DNA from: Yuukianura sp. NJ FZ-2021
Taxonomy: Eukaryota
Direction: 5' to 3'
NCBI GenBank assembly: GCA_046563655.1
Contig: CM102290.1
Coordinates: 7,564,001-7,628,000, forward strand
DNA length: 64,000 nucleotides
Under the pieces are notes generated by a model. That model worked only from the letters and a program-made list of their open reading frames with translations. It searched no databases and was not told the DNA's origin. The translations under genes were made by a program, and so were the position numbers. Below are positions 27,201 through 38,300 of this stretch, in pieces. Every line of letters starts with the position of its first letter. Position 1 is the stretch's first letter.

Positions 27201-30200
27201 TGTAACTTTTCCCAGACTTTCCCCTGCCTTCCTTCCGTTTCTTTGGAAATGAAGTTATGACTTGTTGTAAGGGGAATGGGGTTGTCGTAGGGAAATTTTC
27301 TTCTAAACTGTCGTCTGGTGGATTTGTAATTGGAAATTTAGGTTTCTTCGCGTTGGCTCGCTGCGGTTTGATGTAAATTGGAGTAGTAGTTGGAGGCAAA
27401 ACGGGAGTAGTTTTGATGTGGGACGTTTTTCTAAGAAAAATTGTAGCAGTATTTTAATATTTGTAAATGTTCTGCAAAATGTGTCACTGTCCTTGTCACA
27501 ACTAAAAGCAAGTATCTACGTCGGGGCTTTGAAACTATAACGTACTGCATTAAGTCAGGAATATTCAATATTTACAACCGAAGCCGCCACCATTACCAGC
27601 AACCAAAACTACCACCATCACCAATGCAAACAAATATTGAATGTTTTTATTGTACGAACTTAGCATCGACATTAGTGAATGTTAGTATTGAATTTGAATG
27701 TTGACTTACTCATAAACCCGGTAAAAATCTCTGGGCGGAGGAACCACGAGTCCTGGAGCAAATGGACCAGGAGGAACAATTGTTGTATTGTCTTCGGGGT
27801 AATCAAAATCGTACGGTGGAGGGAGAAAGATAGAAGGATCGTCTGTTTCGTTGTCTTTTGGATTTAAAACTAACGGCGGGAAGAATGGTGGTGGACCGCC
27901 AGGGGCATTGGGATTAAATCCTGGAGGAGGTCCACTTCCTGGTGGACCAAATGGAAAGAATGGTGGTGGTGGAGGTAGAGTCCCATTTCTGGATCCAGGC
28001 GGAGGTGGATACGGAAAAAACTGTGGAGGCAAAGTTCCGTTACCCGGTTTTCCAGAAGGTGGCTGTCCGTAACCATTACCGTAGCTGTTAGTTGGCGGAG
28101 CTCCGTTTCCATAGAGTCCACCGCCAGGAGGGCCAGTTAGTCCTGGAAATATTTGGGGTGGGGGGAAGGAGTGATTACCGGGACGTAGACCTTGGAATCC
28201 AGCAGGGGGAGGGAGCCCTTGAAATCCTGGAGGCGGTGGACCAAACTGTGGCAATGTTCCGTTGGGAAATAATGGAATAAGTCCTGGAGGTGGTAGACGA
28301 CTTGGGTCAAAAGTTTCATTGAACTCTGCGTATCCAGGCGGAACGGGGAACGGTGGTGGTGGACCAATGAAAATCGGAGGACCAGTTTTGTTGACAAATA
28401 CTGGGAACGGTGGTGGATTGTCAGTGTCCAAGGGAATTCGTAACGGTGGTTTAGATTGGTCTCGCTCGTAGGCATCAATGGGTTTCCACTTGTCACGAGA
28501 CGTGGAGTCAAAGTCACCACCTTTGACGACGAGTAGATGACCGTCAGAGAGCCAGATATCATTTTCTTCCAACTTCCCCAAAGTTTTGTCATTGTCATTG
28601 GCAAAGTCATCACTCTGAGCATAGGAAATAATTCCAGGGGCATTTTGCGATACGTTTCCAAAAAAGTTACTGATCAAAGCATACTTTCCATCTTCTGAAC
28701 CAATCTCCAACGCCAAATTCTTGTCACCCGAACTACTGCCCTTGTTGTTCTCAGGAATTCCTAAATCTTCTTCAGTTGTTTTAGGCGTTGTTGATTTTTT
28801 GGACTTTTGAGGTCGTTTAACTTTTCGACGTCGAATGGATTTTGGTTTTGTGGACTTGTCTGTAGATAGTCGTTGAATGTTTTGTGTCGACGGAGTCTCT
28901 GGCTTTGGAGTAGAAGTGGCAAAAGCAAAGTCTCTTTTGAGTCCTGGCAATATTCTATTGGTTACTCGAGGCGTTGTTGACTCGATGGACATTTCCGAAA
29001 TGTTGTATTCATCTTCATCATCGTCGTAGATCGGAGCATGTGTTTCAGTCTTAGGTTCTTCGTAGGATTTGACAGTGAGTCTTGGAATAAGGGATGTTGG
29101 TGGTGACGAAGTAGTTGGTTCAACTGCTTCGCCATAACGAACACCAAGAACTTTTGTCCTGTAGTTAAGAACAGGTTTCTGTGAACTGAACACTGAGGAT
29201 TCTGGATATGGCTCACTAACACTGTCACTGAATACTCCGGGCAACCAATTTCCGGAGAGGAGGCAGCAGACGGTCAAAATGACGATACGCTTGTCACGAC
29301 AATTCATTTTCCTAATTTTTCAATTCAAATGGACAAACTTTTAACAAAAAAATTTTAACTTGATTGTCCATTTGAAACAGGAGTTTTAATAAGCAAACCT
29401 TGTCCTAAAATTAATTTCCAGGAAATGCAATGAAAAAAGTAAAACAAAAAATTACTTACGATTTGTGCATAGTCGAGTCCGACTGTGAAAATCGCTTGGT
29501 ATATTCCCAAGGCATTGTAGGACGTATCACTTATCGCTCATTCACATGAAGAATTTTTAAAGTATTCATTATAGTTTTCCAGAACTTATTATTTACGTTT
29601 ACTCTGTCTATGTGGACGTGTGCTTGAAGAATTTTTTTTTTCAAATTGTTCACTGGATCGTTCAGATAATCTTAACTGGTATTTTACACTATGAAATTTT
29701 TTAATTGTTTGAGAACAATGGCGTAGCGTTGGCGTCCTGCTTGACCGGCAGGTAGAATTGGAGTGGCAGGTTTTTCCTAAGGAATAGGTTGAAGACTGAC
29801 TAAAAGGCGAGGCGTAGGGTGACAATGCATGTGGCAGGGGGTAGTTTTGTTGGTGGATTTTTCCATGCTTTGGGTTTAAATGAATATTATGGGGGTAAAG
29901 TCAACTTTGAAACCTGTGAATAATCAAATGCCTCTTGTTTTTTTTTAAACCCTAGAGCATTTATCGGAATCTGAACTGAGGAAACGACGGAACAAGGAGT
30001 TGAAGGCCAGAAGAAAAGCAGAAATGGAGCAGAAGGTATATTCACCCCCCTGATTTTTCCACACTTTCTTTGAAATTTTGGTGGCTGGAGGGTTTATTTT
30101 TTTATTCAACGATTTAATAAGAAGCCACTTAAAATTATAACGAGATCGTTCAGGCAGTTTTGAGAGAGCAGACCATTGTTGTTTTTGATGAGAGTGGAGT

Positions 30201-30867
30201 TGGTGGATGTCTCATTGTTTTTGAGTTTTATACGTAGGATTTGTTTTTGATGTTTCAGGAAGTAGCTTTGGCGGAAACGAAGAAGGAGCGTCATGCTAAG
30301 TCAAAGCAGGCAATGGCGGATGATGGAGAGTATCATCCTCCACAAGCGGAAGAACTTAATTCGGAGAGTTTAGCTCGAACAACAGAACCACTAGAGCAAG
30401 CAGTCAAATTTCTGGAACCGCTCCAGTCATTCGCGTTTAACAGAATGGACACACATCTTCTTGCCTATGATATTTATAAACGGAAAGGTGGGTTTTCAGA
30501 TGCTTTTAGCTGCAATTGTTGTTTTGGAATTCATAAAAGTTACCTTATGTTTTGTGTTTTTTAGACAAACCATTGTTGATGTTGAGGAGTCTCAAACGAG
30601 CACTGAAAATTAGCCCAAGAAACCGCACATTATATGAATTTCTAATACATTTTCGACAATATATGCAACAAAGGTGAGGTTTTTTTTTTATTCAAAATGA
30701 ACATTGGGCCTGAACTGAAATTGAATTTTTGTTCATGTTTGTCTTCTTCCAGGTTATCCACTCTTCAGGAACCGCTTCAAGGGTTTATGAAAAATGAAGT
30801 CGAGAAACTTTATGAAGCGGCGAAATTGGAAGATTGGATGCAAGACTTACAACTAACAAACGACTAA
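15230..30867 (+). CDS. NAA15: N-alpha-acetyltransferase 15/16, NatA auxiliary subunit (TPR protein, ~768 aa)
   Basis: Exons 15230-15304, 15597-15681, 15924-16054, 16141-16272, 16359-16496, 16562-16712, 16811-17206, 17571-17893, 17970-18098, 18318-18454, 18584-18660, 29956-30035, 30259-30487, 30565-30673, 30753-30867, all phase-consistent. Hallmark motifs: [81 protein letters not shown]. Confidence 0.95.
24344..29307 (-). CDS. Secreted Pro/Gly- and Gln-rich glycoprotein (~1105 aa), nested antisense in an NAA15 intron; possibly cuticle/apical-matrix associated
   Basis: Three phase-consistent exons 29307-27710, 27430-25910, 24542-24344. N-terminal signal peptide ([20 protein letters not shown]) and no other obvious TM segment. 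Motif-like islands [26 protein letters not shown] and [13 protein letters not shown], repeated NGTLP sequons, poly-Q tracts. Function is inferred only. Confidence 0.85.
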
Positions 30868-31224
30868 CAGAACGGCCCCAGCTTTTGTTTCTTATGTTTC
30901 TCAAAGTACGCTACCAAGAGTATTGATCACTGCAAAACTTCAATTTTCACCAAAATTATATACTAATCCATATTACTAGGGGAAAAACAACCAAAGTAAT
31001 AGAAATAACGAAAATTACCTAAGAAACAGTTGCGGCTCAGGATCGGGATCCAATTCAGAACACTTCTGTACTCCAGAAACTATAGACGAAGTGTATTAGG
31101 CAATGGGGAGGCTTTGGATAAAAAACAAAGGCAACCTTGAATTGAATTATTTAATCTTGTAATTCTGTCAGTGCCTTGGCTAATAAGTGTGTTGAACTTT
31201 GTGTACATGTATTCTACCAATATT

Positions 31225-31625
31225 GTCCGTACAGGGAAGGATTCTGCGCAGGCACTCTTAAGTCTCCAGTGAGTCAGGTTTATCTGGCCATTCAGTCGAC
31301 CAGTAAACTGGCTCCCGCTTCTTGTTGTTCGGATGGCTAATAAGCTTCATTCGAACAAATTCGGGAATGATAACATCACATTTGGAAAACCGGAATTAAG
31401 TATTCTGAGGACTTGGAATTTTCAGGCCGAGGGAAATACGAATACTATTCGGGGTAAATCAGAGAATGCTGAAGTCGAGTTAATCCTAAAAAAAGTTACA
31501 TTTAAGATGTATCACTCGAAATTTTGCCAGTGTGACTTACTCCGTTGTAATGTTACGTTGAAGGTGTACAGATAAACCTGATTCACCCGAGTACGCTTGA
31601 GCTGGTCCTTCCATCATCTTCGGAT
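31225..31625 (+). ncRNA. Predicted large structured RNA element in the NAA15 3' UTR or an independent ncRNA
   Basis: Nested complementary segments, including the 18-bp pair 31269-31286/31569-31586, with several G-U pairs valid only on the + strand. AATAAA at 31656. Confidence 0.55.
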
Positions 31626-32370
31626 CGGTTTTTATCATACTATGGCAAACTTGAAAATAAATCATGCCAGGAACTTATACAAAAGCGTTTCCTTTGAGAA
31701 AACTAAATTATTGTACGTTCTCTTTTAATATTATTGTAAACTTTTTTCCCTCGAAGGTGAACAGAGTGTATTTGATGCTCAATTTGTTGGAATTGTCACT
31801 AAATAACAGGATGTTAAGTAAAACGTTTTAAACTTTATTCGTACAACGTGTTTTTAATTGGTCCACATTTCTTTTCAACGTATGGCATTACAAAACATCA
31901 TTTTAAAAGTAGCTAAATAACCTACTATAACTCAAGAAAGGTACTAAAGGAAGACGTATTTCGTAACTTCTAGAAATACATACACAATTACACAGATTCC
32001 CCCCTATTCAGTTAGTCTAACTTTTTTGAAAAAGTTGGTAGCTAAATGAAATACTTTGGCACTTACCTGTCAAGTTACCGTTTAAAAAAAAGTAATGATA
32101 ATAACAGAGGAAGATTTTAAGTAAAAAATACAAAATATTCACACTGAACATAATAGGATGACATTCACTTAATATTATCTTTTGCACTCGAATTAGGATT
32201 ATTGCTATTGAGTTTGTTATAATAATAATAATTAATTAAGTATTCATAAGGTAAAGTGAAGTCCACAATTGGGTTTTTTAAATTGAATCATTTAAACTAC
32301 TATTCTAGTATTATAAACAGGGACGGTTGGGAAGATTGAAATTTTGAGTCTTGGATTGTTTTTTTTTAAA

Positions 32371-35300
32371 TTATGTTGACATTTCTGAACCTAACGTTTC
32401 AACAGGTTTCCCATTGCCATGTCCATTAGTATTACTTGCCATTTTCTTTTCATCCATTTCCAATCCACCGTTGGTGTATGGAATCGTCATTCCATTTTTC
32501 ATTCCGTTAGATTTTTCCATGAATCCACTGTCCTAAAAATTCAACAAATTTGGTTTAAATCTCTTTAGAAATTTAAGTTCTTATTAGACAATTTCAAACA
32601 ATTTGAACAGTGAGAACATTGAAAGCAGAAGGTCATGCGAGACGAGCGTAAAATATTAGCTAATTTTTGACTTAAATAAAGTAAGCTGATTTTGAAGCGG
32701 GAGCAGTGTAGCTTGCAATGTTGAAGTTGAAGCGATGGGAAAAAAGTGTGAAAAATACCTTGAACCCTTGAAAAATGTTTAGAATAAGAATTGAAGAAGA
32801 GAATTTTTAGTTGAAAGATTGAGTGTTATGTTTGGCAAGTAGTGCTTCCCCCACCGGATGCTTCAAAAGCAAAGATTTTCAAAACAAAAAAAAATTAAAA
32901 ACCAAGTTGTGGCTGCATCAGCAGAATTTTGAGAAACCCCCAGCGATTGTGCAGATGAAACAAAATTTTAAATTGCCCCTGAAGTACTGCCCCTGTTTGT
33001 TTTTAATTCTCCAATAAGTTGGAGAGGACCAAAAAATTACATTATAAAGAACTCACTTTTTCTTCCGGTGAAATTGTAGATCGCTGACTTCGTGCTCTGA
33101 AGTACGACTTGGCTACAATGATTAATCCAAATAGGCACAGGACACAGCCAAAACCAAAACAGGCAACAGTAATTGCCAATTCAGCAATTCCAGGAACAAA
33201 TACAGCTTGGCGAATCAAAGTAGTGATTTTTTCTGGCATTTTCTCGATTCCCTATAAATAATCACGAATTTTTGGAATTAAGGAGAAAAAAAATTGACCT
33301 GTCAAAAAAAAAGTTTGCAGCGTTTTGTGTGACTCCATCAAACAGATGAAAATGAGGAGCATCATTTCACAAAATGGAACAAAACTAAGATCTAAAAAAG
33401 AAACTAAAATTTCCAAATTTTGAAAATTTATATCTCCAGAACGGAAACCGATAGGGAGCTAATCTCTTTGAGAAAAACTTTCAAAAAAAAAACACAAATT
33501 TTAACAAATATTGAAAACTCCAAAATCGAAAATCATGCTTTTCGTCAAATTTTGAAAAAAAGAGCATGAACTATTACAGAAGTCCATGGATTTTTTCGAA
33601 ATTTTTCCAAAATCAGAGGGTACCTTTTTAAAAATTTCTAAAAATACTCCATATTATTGTGAAATCAACTGCGAAGAGTCAACTCTCTATCGCTTTCCGT
33701 TCACGAGATATGAGTTTTTAAAGTTTTTGAGAATTAAAATAAAACTGAAAATTCATAACTCAGGAACGGAACGCGATAGAGAACTAATTTCTTCGTGAGA
33801 AACTTTCAAAAAAATGAAGAATTTTCGAAATTTTGAAAAGTTTAAAAGCACACGTCCAGTTTTGGTCAAATTTTTGAAAAAAAAAAGCTGAATTTCAAAG
33901 CACTTTTGAAAATGGAAAATGAGCTTACATCTTCAAACCAAATGACAGGAACAAGTACGTTGTCCAGTTTAGCTGCTTGTGGAATATCGTGAATCTTCGT
34001 CATTTGGATGTTTATTTGAACTCGACCTTTAGCCTGCAGCGGAATCCCGAGTTTCTGAAAAAGAAAAGTTGAGAAATAAGATTATTTTTTTTAATGCTTT
34101 GTTTACACAAAAACGCGTCATTTTTTCAATAAAATGATGAACTGTGATGTTTTGTTGGTCTTACAGGTTGGATGTCAATGTAGAACTGATGACGAGCGGG
34201 ATCTGGATGTAGTCCGACGACAGCTTCGCGCAGGCTTGGATCACCGTGAAGGAAGTGCGGAAAAGAGATGAATACCGGAGACCCTTTAATTGAAAATAGC
34301 ATACAAAGATATCCACTATTCAAAAAATTGATACTTTGGATTTAATTTACTAAAGAACGTACCAAATTGACACACAGAAATGTTGAATGTTCCACGACGG
34401 GAACATGGTGGACCATCGCCACAGTAGCATTGATTTTCAGGATACGTTTGGACGTCACCAAAAGTAGACTCCACTGGAACAAATCTGAAATTTCACAGTT
34501 TCAAATTTGGTTTAGTCATTACGATAAAAACTAAGCTTTTTTTCAAAGTCGTATTGCTTTGGTATCGACTGGTACCGGTAAACTGGAAGTTCTTGTTGAG
34601 TTGTAGATTCTTTGTACTTAAGTTGTAGAGATCGACACATATCCGGTTGAAATATGTAAATGGTGGAGTTTTCCGTTAGCATTGACGGAAAAGCTGACGC
34701 ATCCGTTCCGTTAATCATGTTGCAGTAATCATCGGATCGAATCGGGCGAACACAAGTTTCACCCTCTTCTTCATCGTCAACTTCTTCTTCGTCATGAGCC
34801 GTTGGTTTAGTACAGTTGTCCTTTGACCTGTCAGTGTCATATGGATTTTTCCATATGTCCAACCGTGTCTTCCCATTCCAAACGTCAATGCGAGCATAAT
34901 CTGACAACTTTTCCTGTCCACTGAATACTGTAAATACTTGTCCAGGCGTGTCATTCTTTCCGTAAAACAATCCAAACTTGTCAAAAGGTACGCGTTGACC
35001 AGCTCGTAAAATAGATTTTCCAAGATGCAGCAGCGGATCATCATAGCCCCACATCATGTTCCTTACGCTCTGTTCCTGGAAGGTCGTGAGTTTCAGAAGG
35101 TCAAGGATTGTCGAAATTGCTTTTTTGGGTACGCCCGATGCATATTTCAAGGAACTGAGGGCACTCTGTCAAAAGCAAAATCAAAGTTAACATAGTAGAT
35201 GTGGTACTGTAAAATTTTAAAAACGGCTTATATCTGATTCATGCAACATTTTGAGACTCAAGTAAAGGCGTTTGTCTCAAGTTATCATTTCTTGAGGATT

Positions 35301-38300
35301 TCGTTTGTTAGGGAGATACGGCACGGCGTCGTGTCTGCTTGACCTTTGAACCTGAATTTCCTATCTTGCAGAATAACTGTAACTTATGGCAGAGCCTTCG
35401 TTTCTTTTGACAGGGAATGACTTAGGGAAGGTTCTGTGTGATCCCTTGGTAATATTTAGTGCAGTGGGGAAATTTTCGTGGGTCCTCATTGTTCTTTGTT
35501 CACTTTGAAGATTGTACTTAAGTCTATTTTTGGGACTTACGAGGAGGGGAATATTGGGCAGGAGGTAGACGTCGTCTTCACTCCCATGGGAGAGAGAACG
35601 TTCAAAGTAGTACAGTTTCTTCTGACGATACGAAAGTGTTCCGTTGGGATGCCAAGTGACATTGACCTTTTCCCACTTTTCACTGAAAACAAAAGTACAC
35701 GATGTGAAATGAGAAATAATTTTTACTAAAATGTTTTTTTAGCTTTAGTTTTACTTTTCATGTAAACGCAAGAACTCTCAGCGGAAACTTACCTATACGT
35801 GTATGGACCGAATTCTTGAAGTACAAGTTTGATTGTGCCATTGCTTTCTAGGAATTCGTTTGCATTTGAGACATTAAAAAAGTAGACGCGTAGAATTGGA
35901 GTAGCTGGAGGTTTACGCCACAGTTCTAGCGTTTCTGTTCCTTCTTGTAATGGAAGTCTCTGAAATTCAGCAAATCCAAGGTTCAAAATTTCGAAAATTC
36001 TACTTTTTCTCGAATTTTGTATCAACTAGTAGCTTCTATTGGTTTTGCTACTATTGACAGTGGTAATATATTGAGTGCAAGAATAGAATAAAGTTTAGTT
36101 CGTTTACTTTTCATTATTTGCCTGCATACCAAAAATAAATTAAAAATGTGCATATTTCTTTTAAATTTCGGCGAAACTATTATCCTTCCAAATTCGAAAC
36201 GTTTTTCCCTGGACTATTGTGAGTATAATGTAATGGGTTAAGTACAAAAAGCCCACTTAAAGTTGTTTTTGTTGCGGTGGATTGATAGAATGTTGCGCAG
36301 GCGAACAAGCCCCTTTCCCTTTCAGTACAAACCATATAGGTACAAGTACAGAGCGTAAAGGGGATTTCAAAATCGAAACATCCAAATCCGGTTTTTCTAA
36401 TGAGTCAAAATTGAAAATTGGCACAAACGAAATGGAAAAGAGTGGGATTGCGTATGAGCATAGGCTAGAACAAGACGACCTTTACCAACTTAGTACATGG
36501 GCCGCTTGATCATTGGCCAAAACGGCCCTTCGCCAGTGGAGCGCAAAGATGCAGTAACAACAATTAAATGGGGGGAACAACATTTTACAGTAGAAAAAAA
36601 GAACAATTCCTAAGTCTGCATGTTTTGACAGGGTCGATGCATCTTGATTTCGTCTGTTGTGTTAGAAAGGGAAGGTGTTTTAGCATGCGTGCCAAATTAG
36701 TTTTCAAAAAAAAGAATTACATTTTCATATAACTTAATTTTTTCTTTGAAAATATAACTTACGGAGGCTATGACAATGTCCACGAGGGATTGGAAGAACA
36801 GGAGAGTCAGGATTCCCACGACGATGAGGACGACGCCTGCCGCAATGGCCAACGCTGAAAAAAAAAGTTCAAAATTTTATTTAGTTTTTGATTTGCTAGT
36901 CACATATTTTTGACATAAGTTAGATTGCTTTGCATTTTGGAAATTTCATGTACTGTCAGCATTTTTTTTCTACGATTTTTAAAATCGATACATTTGTGAA
37001 TTTGGTAAACGCGCTTGAAAGCTTATGTACTTTTATTAAAAAAATGAAAACAGTCATTTTCCATGACCAAACGGAATTGTTATACACTTGAAATTTTGTC
37101 CGTTGGTTGAAATACAACGTATGTATGAGGTGACTTTCTGGAGGGGAGGGAAGGCAGAACGACGTAGGGAACCAAGGCCTTTTGGAGGCATGCTCCCCAT
37201 TGACATGGTCCCTTAAGGGCTTGCACAGGATACTTGCTTGGAAAAGTAACAATGGAGGCCTTACAGGTGGAGAAATGCTTTCTAAGGTTCCACTGGGACG
37301 AACTAGATTTCATGGTCGATGGCGACGGATCAGGAATTGGAAAGTTTCCCTGCCACCAACACCACCAATCTCCAACGTCCAACAATTCATGTATATTACG
37401 GATCATATGAATTTTTGTTGGACGCAGAGACGTTTGCCTTGAAGAAAACACTGACGTATTTCGTGTTACTTTTTTAATAATCCCAGAATTCTTGTAATTT
37501 GACAGAACAAACCGCTATAACCTTGTGACGCAGTTCGAACGCAAAATGACGCTTGTGAGAATTGACATATTTAAAATCTAATTCAAAATCTAACTGGTTA
37601 TTACAGTTATTTTATACCACATTAATCCCTTGTACTACATTCGGCTGAGTCATCCCGTTTTTGGTAAGTAACTGTGACGCAAACTAATGCTAAGTGAACC
37701 ATATGAGGTGACAATTAATCCGGATTTACACAATTTCATTTCACAAATCCTGCTTTTATACAGATCTGTGTAAAAGTAGTCTGTATCTAACACAAGTTCA
37801 AGTTTTTGCATTTTTCTTCAGAATTTCCTTTAACGTCTAAAATAAAAATCTCCAACTTTTATTGAAGATTTCGGTAGTTGATATTATTTTTTTTTACTGA
37901 CGCGTAGACGAGAAGTTTGCTTTGACTTAAGATTTGACTTCGTACGTTGTTTTTGTGGATTACCTTGATACACTCCCTGTACACTGTAAATCTTACAATA
38001 ATTCACTCCATTTTATTCGGTAAATCGTGATATGACATAATGATTTGTTGCACCTACGTAACATGTAAGAATGAATGAATACTAATGGGGTGATTCCCAT
38101 GTTACCTTGCTTCAAAGTTTTTCAATGTCACCAAAGCTGAAGGTGTGAGAAATGATAGTGCTAAACAATGGGCAGAGGTGAATGAGTGTCTAATACTAGT
38201 AATGTACAGGCAGATCTTTTGGAAGCATTAAAGCTGCATTTTCGCAACAACAATAATTAAAAACAAAGCCAATGTGTACCAACCGACCTTCTACCTTTTC

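Noticed and set aside
27851..28471. Gly-rich + strand ORFs
   Set aside because: Antisense shadows of the Pro-rich codons of the nested gene.
31049..31250. CCAATTCAGAACACT and GGGAAGG..TCTG resemble RNase P RNA conserved regions V and I
   Set aside because: They are in the wrong order (CR-V-like upstream of CR-I-like) and the matches are imperfect.
36282..37451. ORFs of 75-123 aa in CD36 introns
   Set aside because: No motifs, overlapping on both strands, and not needed for the phase-consistent gene model.
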